Shown here one piece after another: positions 29,524-40,406 of a stretch of 64,000 nucleotides of DNA. Numbering within the stretch: the first letter of the stretch is position 1; the number at the start of each line of letters is the position of its first letter. The stretch covers positions 10,039 through 74,038 of the forward strand of contig JAXMCO010000007.1 in assembly GCA_046349335.1 (NCBI GenBank). The letters are read 5' to 3'. This DNA is from Reyranellaceae bacterium. GTDB lineage: Bacteria > Pseudomonadota > Alphaproteobacteria > Reyranellales > Reyranellaceae. The translations under genes were made by a program, and so were the position numbers. The notes beneath the pieces were generated by a model, which worked only from the letters and a program-made list of their open reading frames with translations, was not told where the DNA came from and ran no database searches.

Positions 29524-31314
29524 ATGAACGAACAGGAATTGCGCCGCCTGATCGGCGCGGTGAAGACCGGGAAGCTGTCGCGACGCGGCTTCGTCCAGCG
29601 GATGGCGGCAGTGGGGCTGGCGGCGCCGATGGCGACCCAGTTGCTCGCCCTCTCCGGTGTGGCCATGGCCCAGCCCAAGTCGACCTACAAGCCGACCAAG
29701 CGCGGCGGCGGCGGCCTCCTGAAGGTGCTGTGGTGGCAAGGCGCGACCTTGCTCAATCCGCATTTCGCGGTCGGCACCAAGGATCAGGACGGCTCGCGCT
29801 GGTTCTACGAGCCGCTGGCCGGCTGGGATGCCGACGGCAACCTCCAGCCGGTGCTGGCTGCCTCGATCCCCAGCCGCGAGGACGGCACCCTGGCGGCCGA
29901 TGGCAAGTCGGTGATCTGGAAGCTGAAGCAGGGCGTCACCTGGCACGACGGCAAGCCCTTCACCGCCGACGACGCGGTGTTCAACTGGGCCTACGCGAAG
30001 AACCCGGCGACCGCCGCCACGACGAGCGGCTCGTACAACGAGGTGGTGGTCGAGAAGATCGACGATCACACGATCAAGGTCGTGTTCAGCAAGCCAACGC
30101 CGTTCTGGGCCGATGCCTTCGTCGGGCCGCGCGGCATGATCATTCCCAAGCACCTGTTCGAGGCCTTCACCGGCGACAAGTCGCGCGACGCGCCGACCAA
30201 CCTCAAGCCGGTTGGCACGGGTCCTTACATGTTCAAGGACTTCAAGCCGGGCGACATGGTGTCGGGTGTGATCAACCCCAACTACCATATGCCCAACCGG
30301 CCCTATTTCGACGCCTTCGAGATGAAGGGCGGTGGTGACGCCGTCTCGGCGGCGCGCGCGGTGCTGCAGACCGGCGAGTTCGACTTCGCTTGGAACATGC
30401 AGGTCGAGGACGAAATTCTCCAGCGCATGGAGAAGGGCGGCAAGGGCAAGATCGTCATCTCCCCGGGCGGCAACATCGAGCACATCCAGCTCAACACGAC
30501 CGATCCGTGGACCGAGGTCGATGGCGAGCGCTCGAGCCTCAAGACCAAGCATCCGACTTTGTCCGACCCGGCGGTGCGCCAGGCCCTCTCGGTGCTGATC
30601 GACAAGGACTCGGTGGAGAAGTTCATCTATGGCCGCACCGGCAACGCCACGGCTAATTTCGTCAACAACCCCGACAAGTTCCGCTCCAAGAACACCAAGT
30701 TCGAATTCAACGTCGACAAGGCCAACGACATCCTCGAGAAGGCGGGCTGGAAGAAGGGGGCCGACGGCATCCGTGCCAAGGACGGCAAGAAGCTGAAGTT
30801 CGTCTACCAAACCTCGATCAACCAGCCGCGTCAGAAGACCCAGGCGATCGTCAAGCAGGCCTGCCAGAAGGCGGGCATCGATATCGAGGTCAAGGCGGTG
30901 ACGGCGTCGGTGTATTTCTCGTCCGACGTGGCCAACCCCGATACCTACACGAAGTTCTACACCGACCTGCAGATGTACACGACCACCATGACACAGCCCG
31001 ACCCGGAAGTGTTCATGCTGCAATTCGCGTCATGGGAGGCGGCCACGCGGGAGAACAAGTGGCAGGGCCGCAATATCACGCGGTGGCGCAACAAGGAGTA
31101 CGACGACATCATCAAGGCCGCCCAGGTCGAGGTCGACCCGATCAAGCGCGCGGCGATGTTCATCAAGCTGAATGACATGGTGGTCAACGACATCGTCGTG
31201 ATCCCGGTGGTCGCGCGGCCGGCCGTCCAGGCGGTCAGCAGCCAGCTCGTGGCGGCCATGAGCGGCTGGGACAACAATACTTGGGACCTCCAGAATTGGT
31301 ACAAGGACTCCTGA
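29524..31314 (+). CDS. Peptide ABC substrate-binding protein (Tat-exported)
   Basis: SRRGFV twin-Arg, LKQGVTWHDGKPFTADD, PVGTGPY. Confidence 0.93.
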   Translation: MNEQELRRLIGAVKTGKLSRRGFVQRMAAVGLAAPMATQLLALSGVAMAQPKSTYKPTKRGGGGLLKVLWWQGATLLNPHFAVGTKDQDGSRWFYEPLAGWDADGNLQPVLAASIPSREDGTLAADGKSVIWKLKQGVTWHDGKPFTADDAVFNWAYAKNPATAATTSGSYNEVVVEKIDDHTIKVVFSKPTPFWADAFVGPRGMIIPKHLFEAFTGDKSRDAPTNLKPVGTGPYMFKDFKPGDMVSGVINPNYHMPNRPYFDAFEMKGGGDAVSAARAVLQTGEFDFAWNMQVEDEILQRMEKGGKGKIVISPGGNIEHIQLNTTDPWTEVDGERSSLKTKHPTLSDPAVRQALSVLIDKDSVEKFIYGRTGNATANFVNNPDKFRSKNTKFEFNVDKANDILEKAGWKKGADGIRAKDGKKLKFVYQTSINQPRQKTQAIVKQACQKAGIDIEVKAVTASVYFSSDVANPDTYTKFYTDLQMYTTTMTQPDPEVFMLQFASWEAATRENKWQGRNITRWRNKEYDDIIKAAQVEVDPIKRAAMFIKLNDMVVNDIVVIPVVARPAVQAVSSQLVAAMSGWDNNTWDLQNWYKDS

Positions 31315-31351
31315 GGCGCGCGACGTGACGGTCGAGCAGCGGAGGCCGTGA

Positions 31352-32314
31352 GTGTCCCGTCAGTGGATCATTCGCCGACTATTGCTGGTGATCCCGGCCA
31401 TGCTCGGGATCAGCGTCCTCCTCTACACCGTTCTCGCGCTGGCGCCGGGCGATCCGTTCTCCGAGCTGGCGCAGAATCCAGCGGTGCCGCCGGAGGTGGC
31501 GGCGGCGTTGCGGGCCAAGTTCGGCCTCGATGACCCGGTGTGGGTCCGTTACGGTCACTGGTTCACGGCCATGATGCGCGGCGACTGGGGGTTCTCATTC
31601 ACCAGTCGAATGAATGTCGACACTCTGATCCTGCAGCGTCTGCCCACGACCCTTGTCGTGATCGGTGCTGCCCAGCTCATTGCCATCCTGGTGGCCCTGC
31701 CGGTCGGCGTGCTGGCCGGCATCCGGCCCTATTCGGTGTTCGACCAGATCGCCAACACGCTGGCCTTCATCGGTTTCTCGCTGCCGACCTTCTTCACCGG
31801 CCTGCTGCTGATCCTGGTGTTCTCGATCCAGCTCGACTGGCTGCCCTTCGTCTACCGGGCCGACATCAATGCCACCGGCTGGAAGTTCTACTGGGAGCAC
31901 ATCAAGCAGTCGATCATGCCGGTGATGGTGCTCGGCCTGTTCCAGGGCGCCTCGCTGGTGCGCTACGTACGCTCCTCGGTGCTCGATGTCGTGCGCCTCG
32001 ACTACGTCATCACGGCGCGCTCCAAGGGCATTGGCGAGCGCAAGGTGATCACCCGGCACGTGGTGCGCAACGCGCTGATCCCGGTCGTCACCCTGGTCAT
32101 GCTGCAGATGCCGGTGGTGTTCGGCGGCGCCATCGTCACCGAGCAGATCTTCCGCGTTCCCGGCATCGGCTCGCTCTTGATCTCGGCCATGCTGGCCAAT
32201 GACACGCCGGTGGTGATGGCCGTCACCTTCGTCTTCTCCTGCCTCGTCGTCCTCTGCAATCTCATCGCCGATATGCTCTATGCCTGGCTCGACCCCCGCA
32301 TCTCCTACCGCTGA
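31352..32314 (+). CDS. Peptide ABC permease (DppB/OppB)
   Basis: APGDP, GLDDP, TARSKG, TEQIF..PGIG; GGAGG RBS. Confidence 0.93.
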   Translation: MSRQWIIRRLLLVIPAMLGISVLLYTVLALAPGDPFSELAQNPAVPPEVAAALRAKFGLDDPVWVRYGHWFTAMMRGDWGFSFTSRMNVDTLILQRLPTTLVVIGAAQLIAILVALPVGVLAGIRPYSVFDQIANTLAFIGFSLPTFFTGLLLILVFSIQLDWLPFVYRADINATGWKFYWEHIKQSIMPVMVLGLFQGASLVRYVRSSVLDVVRLDYVITARSKGIGERKVITRHVVRNALIPVVTLVMLQMPVVFGGAIVTEQIFRVPGIGSLLISAMLANDTPVVMAVTFVFSCLVVLCNLIADMLYAWLDPRISYR

Positions 32315-32323
32315 GGCGCGCCC

Positions 32324-33277
32324 ATGACCGTCACCCAGAGCGCACCCTCCGGCGTCGCGGCGCAGCCCGCGACCGTCGCCGCGCCGGCGCGCAAGCGGCA
32401 GCACTTCTCGCCTTGGCAGGAGGTGTGGCGCCGCTTCCGTCGCCATCGCCTGGCGCTGGCCAGCTCCATCGTGCTGGGGCTGATCGTCGCCACGGTCGTG
32501 CTCGGTCCGTTCGTCTGGACGGTGCCGATCAACGAGATCGACTTCGCCGCCAAGCTGCAGGGGCCGAGCTGGGCGCATCCGCTGGGCACCGACGATCTCG
32601 GGCAGGACGTGCTGGCGCGCATGATCTATGGCGGGCGCATTTCGCTGGCCGTCGGCCTGGCGGCGATGGTCGTCGCCATCTTCGTCGGCGTGCTGGTCGG
32701 CGCCATCGCCGGCATGGCGAGCGGCAAGGTCGACGCCGTGCTGATGTGGCTCGCCGACCTGTTCCTGTCGCTGCCGACGCTGCCGCTGCTGCTGCTGATC
32801 ATCTACCTGTTCCGCGATTCGCTGAAGGCGGTGTTCGGCGTCGAGGGCGGCATCTTCATCATGATCGTCATCGTGATCGGCGGCCTGCGTTGGATGCCCG
32901 CGGCCCGCCTGGTGCGCGCCCAGTTCCTGTCGTTGCGCGAGAAGGAGTTCGTCGAGGCTGCCCGCGCGCTCGGCGCCTCGCGCAGCCGGCAGGTGATCCA
33001 GCACATCCTGCCCAATGCGCTGGGCCCGGTGATCGTGGCCGCCACCATCGATGTCGCGGCCGCGATCATCCAGGAATCGACCCTGTCCTTCCTCGGGTTG
33101 GGCTTCCCGCCCGACATTCCGACCTGGGGCCGGCTGCTGGCCGACGCCAAGGACTATCTCGACATCGCCCCGCACTGGGCGCTGGCGTCCGGCGCCGCGA
33201 TCTTCCTCACCGTGCTGTCCATCAATTTCATCGGCGATGGATTGCGCGACGCGTTCGATCCTCGCCGCGTCCTTTGA
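32324..33277 (+). CDS. Peptide ABC permease (DppC/OppC)
   Basis: HPLGTDDLG, FVEAARALGA, LSFLGLG, GDGLRDAFDP. Confidence 0.94.
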   Translation: MTVTQSAPSGVAAQPATVAAPARKRQHFSPWQEVWRRFRRHRLALASSIVLGLIVATVVLGPFVWTVPINEIDFAAKLQGPSWAHPLGTDDLGQDVLARMIYGGRISLAVGLAAMVVAIFVGVLVGAIAGMASGKVDAVLMWLADLFLSLPTLPLLLLIIYLFRDSLKAVFGVEGGIFIMIVIVIGGLRWMPAARLVRAQFLSLREKEFVEAARALGASRSRQVIQHILPNALGPVIVAATIDVAAAIIQESTLSFLGLGFPPDIPTWGRLLADAKDYLDIAPHWALASGAAIFLTVLSINFIGDGLRDAFDPRRVL

Positions 33278-33284
33278 GGTGCCT

Positions 33285-34256
33285 GTGGCCGAGACGCTGC
33301 TCGAGATTCGAGGACTGAAGACCTGGTTCAAGACCGACGACGGCATGGTCCAGGCCGTCGACGGCGTCGATCTGCGCATCGACCGCGGCGAGACCGTGGG
33401 CGTGGTGGGCGAATCGGGCTGCGGCAAGACGGTGACGGCGCGCTCGGTGCTGAAGCTGATCGACATGCCGCCCGGCCGTTTCGAGGATGGCAAGATCCTG
33501 TGGCGTGGCCGCGACTTGATCCCGCTCGGCGACGAGGAAATGAACAAGATTCGCGCCCGCGAGATCGCCATCGTCTTCCAGGAGCCGATGACCTCGCTCA
33601 ATCCGGTCTATACGGTGGGCGAGCAGATCGCCGAGGTGATCGGGCTGCACCAGAAGCTCGGACGCAAGCAGGCCATGGCAGGTGCCGCCGAGATGCTGCG
33701 CCTGGTCAACATTCCCAACCCGCAGCGCCGTGTGCACGACTACCCGCACCAATTCTCAGGCGGCATGCGCCAGCGCGTCATGATCGCCATGGCGCTGTCG
33801 TGCCAGCCCAAGCTCCTGATCGCCGACGAGCCGACGACGGCGCTCGACGTCACCATCCAGGCCCAGATCCTGGAGCTGATGCAGGAAATGAAGGATCGCT
33901 TCGGCATGTCGATCATGCTGATCACCCACGCCATGGGGGTGGTCGCCGAGACCTGCCAGAGAGTGACCGTGATGTATGCCGGCAAGGTGGTCGAGGAGGC
34001 ACCGGTCGGCGAGCTGTTCGGCCATCCGCGCCATCCGTATACCCAGGGTCTGATCCGATCGATTCCGCGCGTCGATCGCGCGGCCGAGAAGAAGCAGCGC
34101 CTGGAGGCGATCTCCGGCACGGTGCCGAGCCTGCTCGATCCGGCGCCGGGCTGCCGCTTCGCCGCCCGCTGCCGCTACGCCAGCGACATCTGCGTGCGCG
34201 AGATGCCGCCTCTCAAGGAGGCGGCGCCCGGCCATTTCGTGCGGTGCGTGCTGTGA
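33285..34256 (+). CDS. Peptide ABC ATPase (DppD/OppD)
   Basis: [26 protein letters not shown]-terminal Cys cluster. Confidence 0.95.
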   Translation: MAETLLEIRGLKTWFKTDDGMVQAVDGVDLRIDRGETVGVVGESGCGKTVTARSVLKLIDMPPGRFEDGKILWRGRDLIPLGDEEMNKIRAREIAIVFQEPMTSLNPVYTVGEQIAEVIGLHQKLGRKQAMAGAAEMLRLVNIPNPQRRVHDYPHQFSGGMRQRVMIAMALSCQPKLLIADEPTTALDVTIQAQILELMQEMKDRFGMSIMLITHAMGVVAETCQRVTVMYAGKVVEEAPVGELFGHPRHPYTQGLIRSIPRVDRAAEKKQRLEAISGTVPSLLDPAPGCRFAARCRYASDICVREMPPLKEAAPGHFVRCVL

Positions 34257-35248
34257 GCGGCGCGGCTGCCACTGGTCCGGACGACGCGCTCCTCTCGGTC
34301 CGGGATCTGCGCAAGCATTTCGCCGTCAAGGGCGGCGTATTCGTGCGCGAGATCGATCGGGTCCACGCCGTCGACGGCGTGAGCTTCGACATCGGCGCGG
34401 GCGAGACGCTGGGGCTGGTGGGTGAATCGGGATGCGGCAAGTCGACGACCGGCCGATGCATCCTGCGGCTGATCGAGCCCAGCTCGGGGGAAATCCGGTT
34501 CAAGGGTTCCGACGTTACCCGCATGGATGCCACGGCGTTGCGATCGCTGCGCCGCGACATGCAGATCATCTTCCAGGACCCCTACGCCTCGCTCAACCCG
34601 CGGCTCACGGTCGGCGCGATCATCGGCGAGGCGCTGACGATCCACAAGCTGGCCGGCTCGCGTCAGGCGCAGGAGGATCGCGTCGTCCAGTTGCTTGAGA
34701 CGGTGGGGCTGCAGCCCGACCACATGCGCCGCTTCCCGCACGAATTCTCGGGCGGTCAGCGCCAGCGCATCGGCATTGCCCGCGCGCTCGCCGTCGAGCC
34801 CAAGCTGATCGTCTGCGACGAGCCGGTGTCGGCGCTCGACGTCTCGATCCAGGCCCAGGTGATCAACCTCCTGGAGGATTTGCAGGAGCAGTTCGGCCTC
34901 ACGTACCTGTTCATCGCGCACGACCTCAGCGTGGTCGAGCACATCTCGAACCGGGTGGCGGTGATGTATCTCGGCCGTGTGGTCGAGATCGCACCGGCGC
35001 GCGATCTCTACGACTCGCCGCTGCACCCCTACACCGAGGCGCTGCTGTCGGCCGTGCCGATCCCCGATCCGACGGTCAAGCGCAACCGCATCATGTTGCA
35101 GGGCGACGTGCCCAATCCGATCCGGCCGCCCTCCGGCTGCCACTTCCATACGCGCTGTCCGATCGCCAAGCCGGACTGCGCCCAGCGTGTGCCCGAGCTA
35201 CGTGAAAGCCGGCCTGGCCACTGGGTGTCCTGCCACTACAGGGGATAG
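34253..35248 (+). CDS. Peptide ABC ATPase (DppF/OppF)
   Basis: [24 protein letters not shown]. Confidence 0.95.
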   Translation: MSGAAATGPDDALLSVRDLRKHFAVKGGVFVREIDRVHAVDGVSFDIGAGETLGLVGESGCGKSTTGRCILRLIEPSSGEIRFKGSDVTRMDATALRSLRRDMQIIFQDPYASLNPRLTVGAIIGEALTIHKLAGSRQAQEDRVVQLLETVGLQPDHMRRFPHEFSGGQRQRIGIARALAVEPKLIVCDEPVSALDVSIQAQVINLLEDLQEQFGLTYLFIAHDLSVVEHISNRVAVMYLGRVVEIAPARDLYDSPLHPYTEALLSAVPIPDPTVKRNRIMLQGDVPNPIRPPSGCHFHTRCPIAKPDCAQRVPELRESRPGHWVSCHYRG

Positions 35249-35350
35249 GCCGTATCTCCAATCCCTCCTCGTCATACGGGGCGGAAGGGGATAGCCATGG
35301 TCGAGATGCTCGTGAGTCCGACGTCGAAATCAAAAAGTCTCGACTGCGGT

Positions 35351-35401
35351 CTTCCCGCTCCAGCCCTGCGGGCCACCTCCCCCCGACGACGGGGGAGGGA
35401 A
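35351..35401. repeat. GC-rich palindromic repeat (alphaproteobacterial REP/RPE-like)
   Basis: CCCTGCGGGCCACCTCCCCCCGACGACGGGGGAGGGA hairpin between convergent genes. Confidence 0.5.
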
Positions 35402-35508
35402 TGGAAGATTCTTGCCACTTGGGCGTGAAGACAGCGAGATCGCCAAGGCCGATCGACCTCTCGATCTCCTGCACTTTCCTGGCGATTTTCTCCAGGCTGT
35501 CGGCGCCG

Positions 35509-36483
35509 TCACTGCGTGCCGAGCTTCCAGCCGACTTCCTTGGCGAACGACTGGAAGAAGTCGATGTCGTAGGCCTGTTCCGGTGTCTCCCGCACGCGCC
35601 GGTCGATCTTCTCGGCGTCGGCACCGACCAGGATGCGCCAGCGCTCGGCCTTGACCCCGTCGAGGATGATCGTCGCCGCCTGGGCGGCGCTGGTCGGCGC
35701 ATTCTCGAGGAAGCTCCGCGCACGCTCGGCCGCCAGCTTGGCGACGTCGTCGTCCGACAGCTTGCTGACGTCGAAGCCCATCGAAGTAATGCGGGCCCGC
35801 ATCTGAGCTATTTCGGTGGCGTTCATCGTGTCGGACTGGTTGCCGCTCTGGATCTTGCGCGAATTGGACACGATCGATGTGCCGATATGGCCCGGCATGA
35901 CCACCGAGCACTTGATGTGCGGGGCGTTGATTCGCAGGTCTGTTTGCAGGGCTTCGCTGAAGCCTTTGACGGCGAATTTCGCCGCACTGTACGCGGTGTG
36001 CGGCATGGAGGGGCCGACCGAGGCCCAGAAGCCATTGATGCTGCTGGTGTTGACGATGTGACCCTTGTCGGCCTTGAGCAACATCGGCAGGAACGCCCGC
36101 GTGCAGTAGTAGACGCCGAACCAGCAGATGTTGAAGGTGCGCTCCCACTCCTCGCGGCTGTGGGCGATCATGCTGCCGCCGCCGCCGATACCGGCATTGT
36201 TGAACAGCAGGTGAATTTTGTCGGTATCCTGCTGCTCGGCGACCTCGCGTGCGAAGCGCTTGACGTCGTCCTCGTTGGAAACGTCGGCGACGTGGGTGGT
36301 GATGCGCAGGCCTTGCGGCAGGCGCTCGACCTCGCACAGGCGCTTGGTTTCGGCCATGTTGGCAGCCGAGATGTCGCACATCGCGACGTTGCAACCCTCG
36401 GCGACGAGCTGCCGCGCCAGCTCGCGCCCCATGCCAGTGCCACCGCCAGTGATGACCGCGATCCTGCCTGCGAAATCCTTCAT
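35509..36483 (-). CDS. Short-chain dehydrogenase/reductase
   Basis: TGGGTGMG, FNNAG, YSAAKF. Confidence 0.93.
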   Translation of the reverse strand: MKDFAGRIAVITGGGTGMGRELARQLVAEGCNVAMCDISAANMAETKRLCEVERLPQGLRITTHVADVSNEDDVKRFAREVAEQQDTDKIHLLFNNAGIGGGGSMIAHSREEWERTFNICWFGVYYCTRAFLPMLLKADKGHIVNTSSINGFWASVGPSMPHTAYSAAKFAVKGFSEALQTDLRINAPHIKCSVVMPGHIGTSIVSNSRKIQSGNQSDTMNATEIAQMRARITSMGFDVSKLSDDDVAKLAAERARSFLENAPTSAAQAATIILDGVKAERWRILVGADAEKIDRRVRETPEQAYDIDFFQSFAKEVGWKLGTQ

Positions 36484-36551
36484 GTCGCCTTCCTCCCTTG
36501 CTTGATCGGCCCTTGTCGGGGCGCGTCGACAGCTTCTATCCTCGTAACACA

Positions 36552-37652
36552 GTGCTCCTAGAAACTCTCTTGCCGCTCGGCAAGGTCGATCCCGGTCTGC
36601 GCGCCCCCGAGATCCCGCTCGATCTCGCCACGGTCGGCGACGACGCCCGCCTGCTCGAGGACGTCGGCTATGACGGCATGGTCGTCGAGGAAACCAAGGA
36701 CGATCCGTTCGTCATCATGGCGTTGGCCGCGCAGGCGACGACGCGGCTGAAGCTCGCGACATCCGTCGCCATCGCCTTCCCGCGCAGCCCGGCCGTGATG
36801 GCGATGAGCGCCTGGACGCTGCAGAAGCTGTCCTGCGGCCGCTTCACGCTCGGCCTCGGCACCCAGGTCAAGGCACACATCGAGCGGCGCTACGGCCTCG
36901 CGTGGTCGCCGGCCGGTCCATGGATGCGCGAATATGTCGGCGCCGTCCGCGCTGTTTGGGATTGCTGGCAGAACGGCACGCCGCTCGCCGTCCGCGGCCC
37001 GCACTACAAGCTCGACCTCATGGTGCCGCTGTTCAACCCGGGACCGATCGAGCATCCGCGCATCCCGATCCAGCTCGCAGCGGTCAATGCCGTGATGTGC
37101 CGGGTCGCCGGCGAGGTGGCCGACGGGATACGCCCTCATCCGGTGTGCACACCGTCCTACATCGCCAAGGTCATGCTGCCCGCCGTTCGCGCCGGTGCGG
37201 CCAACACGGGCCGGTCGCTCGCCGATTTCACGGTCTGCATGAAGCCGCTGGTCGCCGCCGCGGCGAGCGAAGCCGAGCTAGTCCCGAAGGTGCGCGATGT
37301 TCGCGCGCGCATCGCTTTCTACGCCTCGACTCCGCAATATCGCGCCGCCTTCGACCATCTCGGCCTCGGCGATCTTGCCGATCGGCTGAAGCTGCTGTCA
37401 CGGGCTCAGCGTTGGGAGGAGATGCCCCAGCACATCAGCGACGAGGTTCTCGAGACCTTCGTGACGATCGGAACCTACGACACCATCGCCCGCAAGCTCT
37501 GCGATCGCTACGGCGCGGTCGTTACCCATTGCGAATTCTCGATCCCGGTGAAGGATGCGGCCGACAAGGAGCGACTGCGCGGTCTCGCCCACGCCATCCA
37601 GGCGGAGAGCCTGGCTCCGGCGCGGCGTGCCATCGCCGGCTCGGCGGCCTGA
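36552..37652 (+). CDS. LLM-class putative F420-dependent oxidoreductase (TIGR03617-like)
   Basis: ETKDDPF, IAFPRSP, LGLGTQVKAHIERRYG, IAFYASTP.Y; GTG start. Confidence 0.88.
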   Translation: MLLETLLPLGKVDPGLRAPEIPLDLATVGDDARLLEDVGYDGMVVEETKDDPFVIMALAAQATTRLKLATSVAIAFPRSPAVMAMSAWTLQKLSCGRFTLGLGTQVKAHIERRYGLAWSPAGPWMREYVGAVRAVWDCWQNGTPLAVRGPHYKLDLMVPLFNPGPIEHPRIPIQLAAVNAVMCRVAGEVADGIRPHPVCTPSYIAKVMLPAVRAGAANTGRSLADFTVCMKPLVAAAASEAELVPKVRDVRARIAFYASTPQYRAAFDHLGLGDLADRLKLLSRAQRWEEMPQHISDEVLETFVTIGTYDTIARKLCDRYGAVVTHCEFSIPVKDAADKERLRGLAHAIQAESLAPARRAIAGSAA

Positions 37653-37809
37653 CGATGTCACCGCGTAGGGTGCGTCCTCCGCAGCGGGCTGCGGCGACGA
37701 GTTCCTTTCTTCGGCTTCGCGCGAGAGTGGCGCTACGCTCGGAGCGACTGCAAGGCGCGAGCGGACAAAGCCCGAGCCACAGCCGATTCAGCTCGGCGAA
37801 GACACCGAC

Positions 37810-38469
37810 TTACCCCACGCAGGGCTGCTTCGCCGCCACCGCGATCTCGGCGAGCATGGCCGCGAGCGTGACGGTTCGACAATAGCCGCCGAAAGCTTGG
37901 AGCGCGTTGGTCTGTCGGCCTGCCGTGTAGGTGCTGCAGCAATCTGAAATGCAGATGGTGTAGTAGCCCCGATCGGCGCCATCACGCACGGCCATGTCCA
38001 CGCACTGGTCGGTCAGCAGGCCGACGACCAGGAGATGGCGCACGCCGAGATTGCGCAGCACGTAGTCGACGTTGGTCGAGTTGAACACGCCCGACGAGGT
38101 CTTCGGCAGGACGATGTCGTCGTCGCGTGGCGCCACCGCGTCGATCACTCGCCCCTCCCACGCGCCCTTGGGAACCAGGATTCCGGAGAGCTTGTGGTCG
38201 AGGCTGCGGTCGCGGCCATCGCGGGTCAGGCTTTCGATGACGGTGTAGATGACCTCGATGCCGGCCTGGCGGCAGGCGGCGATGAGGCAGGCAATGTTGG
38301 GCACGACGCGTGTGCGCAGGTCGGCAACGAAGGCGGGATGCTCACGCTCGATCGGTGGCGCGATCTCCAGATTCTGGACATCGACCACCAGCAGTGCGGT
38401 CGCTTCCGGCTCGATGGGGCGGTCGCGATGCCAGGTTGTCTGGTTGGGGTGAAGCGAAGGAAACGACAA
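37810..38469 (-). CDS. Isochorismatase-family cysteine hydrolase
   Basis: LLVVDVQN, LPKTSSGVF, LTDQCV (D-K-C triad); TTG start with GGAG RBS. Confidence 0.9.
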   Translation of the reverse strand: MSFPSLHPNQTTWHRDRPIEPEATALLVVDVQNLEIAPPIEREHPAFVADLRTRVVPNIACLIAACRQAGIEVIYTVIESLTRDGRDRSLDHKLSGILVPKGAWEGRVIDAVAPRDDDIVLPKTSSGVFNSTNVDYVLRNLGVRHLLVVGLLTDQCVDMAVRDGADRGYYTICISDCCSTYTAGRQTNALQAFGGYCRTVTLAAMLAEIAVAAKQPCVG

Positions 38470-38570
38470 GGAAGACTCCGGATTCACGCCATCAGTGTCG
38501 GCGGGTGCGGCAGGAATCGCAGGGAAGTTGCTACGGGGATCAATACTTGCAACGGCGTAACGGACCTCGC

Positions 38571-38597
38571 CCGCCGAGGGCAATTGGCCCTCGGCGG
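38571..38597 (-). terminator. 11-bp hairpin downstream of tRNA-Leu
   Basis: CCGCCGAGGGC-AATTG-GCCCTCGGCGG; no U-tract, so function is uncertain. Confidence 0.45.
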
Positions 38598-38636
38598 CGC
38601 ACTGCCGCGGACGTCCAAGCCATCCCGAGGTTGCGC

Positions 38637-38722
38637 TGGTGCCCGCTGCCGGACTCGAACCGGCACGGCCTCTCGGCCTCGAGATTTTAAGTCTCGTATG
38701 TCTACCATTCCATCAAGCGGGC
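38637..38722 (-). tRNA. tRNA-Leu (anticodon TAA)
   Basis: GCCCGCT-TG-ATGGAATGGTAGACAT-A-CGAGA-CTTAAAA-TCTCG-long variable arm-GCCGG-TTCGAGT-CCGGC-AGCGGGC-ACCA. Confidence 0.97.
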
Positions 38723-38732
38723 GTGCGGCAGG

Positions 38733-38761
38733 ACCATATTGGCGTGGGCGAAGCGTGTCAC
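38733..38761 (-). promoter_or_regulatory. Probable sigma70 promoter of tRNA-Leu
   Basis: GTGACA-N17-TATGGT followed by a GC-rich discriminator; the -35 overlaps the DUF2063 stop codon. Confidence 0.55.
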
Positions 38762-39576
38762 CCGCCGGCGCCGTGGCTGAAGCCCGCGATCATGCCGCCT
38801 TCGACCATCGCCCGGAGAAGGCCGGCGGCGCGGGCGGGGGCCGCGTCGTCGCCGGTGAAGGCGGCGACTACTTCGCACAGGTCGGGGAACGGCCGGCCTT
38901 CGACCAGGGCGTCGAGCAGGGCGGCTTCGTCGGGCTCGAACGAGCGGAAATTGGACACCCGCTCGGGGCGCCAGACCGCCCAGGCAACGGGTTCCGCGGC
39001 GCGCTCGACCTCGAGATTGCCGGGCTCGACCTCGGTATGACGTTGCCAGGCTTGCGGCGTCTCGAATGCCAGGCGCAGGCGCCGCAGCGACGGCAGGGCG
39101 GTGAAGGAGAGCGTCTCCCAGGCTTCCGGCGCCAGAGCCATCAGCGCCTCGGCTCCGATCGGCGTGACGTCGGGCGAGTCGAAGGCCTCGCCCAGCGCCC
39201 ATTCGAAACGAGCCATCTCGGCCGCGGCCGGGCTGTCGCTGTAGGGTCGCGTGCTCGCCATGAAATCGGCGAGGTCCTTGCCGTACCAGCGGATCGACGG
39301 ATGGTGCGAGTGATGCTTGGCGATGTAGGCACGCGCCAGATGGTCGAAGTCGGCCGGGCCGGTCATCGCCATCAAGCCGGGATAGTCGGTGGTCAAGACC
39401 TCGATGAGGCGAAGCGCATAGCCGTCGCGATAGACGTCGAGCAGCGTCGCGCGGTCGGCCTTGCGGCTGTCGCGCACGGCGACGCGGAAGGCATCGTTGC
39501 CGCCCAACAGGTAATCCTGGAAGGCGCGTTGCAGGTCGCCCAGAGACCCCGCATTGCCGCCGGCCTGCGGGGTCAT
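38758..39576 (-). CDS. DUF2063 MNIO partner protein (BufC-like)
   Basis: LQRAFQDYLL, LDVYRDGY..RL..L...YP, EMARFEWAL. Confidence 0.88.
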   Translation of the reverse strand: MTPQAGGNAGSLGDLQRAFQDYLLGGNDAFRVAVRDSRKADRATLLDVYRDGYALRLIEVLTTDYPGLMAMTGPADFDHLARAYIAKHHSHHPSIRWYGKDLADFMASTRPYSDSPAAAEMARFEWALGEAFDSPDVTPIGAEALMALAPEAWETLSFTALPSLRRLRLAFETPQAWQRHTEVEPGNLEVERAAEPVAWAVWRPERVSNFRSFEPDEAALLDALVEGRPFPDLCEVVAAFTGDDAAPARAAGLLRAMVEGGMIAGFSHGAGG

Positions 39577-40406
39577 TCGGCGGCCTCACGTCGCGTGCCG
39601 GCCGCCAGGCGGCGGGCGATGTCGAGCTCGGCCACCAGCTCGGCGTAGGGCGGGATGTCGGCGTCGCGCTCGATCATGGTCGGCACGCCGGGGAACAGGC
39701 GCACCGCTTCCTCGTAGAGCGACCAGACGTCGTCGACGATCGGATGGTCGTGGGTGTCGATGATGTGGCTGCCCTTGTGGGTGTGGCCGGCGAGGTGGAA
39801 CTGGCGCACGCGCTCCTTGGGCATGGCGCGCAGGAAAGTGCGCGCATCGAAATCGTGGTTGAAGGCGCTGACATAGACGTTGTTGACGTCGAGCAGGATG
39901 TCGCAGTCGGTGCGGCGTGCCAGCTCGCCGATGAACTCCCATTCGCTCAGCTCCGACGCGGCGTAGGTGACGTAGCTCGACACGTTCTCCAGAACCAGCC
40001 GCCGGCCGAGGTGATCCTGCACGGCACGCACACGCTCGGCGACATGGCCGAGCGCTTCCTCTGTGTAGGGCAGCGGCAGTAGGTCGTGCATGTTGATGCC
40101 GCGCAAACCGGTGAAGCACAGGTGATCGGAGACCCAAAGCGGCTGGACGCGGTCGGCGAGGGCCTTCAGGTCGTCGAGATAGCGGCGGTCGAGCGGGTCG
40201 ATCGAGCCGATCGACAGAGACACACCATGCAGCGCTATCGGATAGTCGCGGCGGATGCGCTCGAGCCAGTGCAGCGGACTGCCGCCCGACACCATGTAGT
40301 TCTCCGACAGCGCCTCGAACCAGTCGACCCGGCCCGGGTTGGCGGCAATCTCCTCGTAGTGCTCCGGCCTCAGTCCGAGACCAAATCCGATGTCGCCCTT
40401 GGGCAT
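39573..40406 (-). CDS. DUF692 multinuclear non-heme iron oxidase (MNIO, BufB-like)
   Basis: GLGLR..H, E..SENYM, HGVSLSIG, SDHLCF, LENVSSY, LLDVNNVYV, FHLAGH, DTHD, IERD. Confidence 0.96.
   Translation of the reverse strand: MPKGDIGFGLGLRPEHYEEIAANPGRVDWFEALSENYMVSGGSPLHWLERIRRDYPIALHGVSLSIGSIDPLDRRYLDDLKALADRVQPLWVSDHLCFTGLRGINMHDLLPLPYTEEALGHVAERVRAVQDHLGRRLVLENVSSYVTYAASELSEWEFIGELARRTDCDILLDVNNVYVSAFNHDFDARTFLRAMPKERVRQFHLAGHTHKGSHIIDTHDHPIVDDVWSLYEEAVRLFPGVPTMIERDADIPPYAELVAELDIARRLAAGTRREAAE

Noticed and set aside
37653-38722. Genomic island integrated at tRNA-Leu
   Set aside because: No integrase and no direct repeat of the tRNA 3' end found in the window
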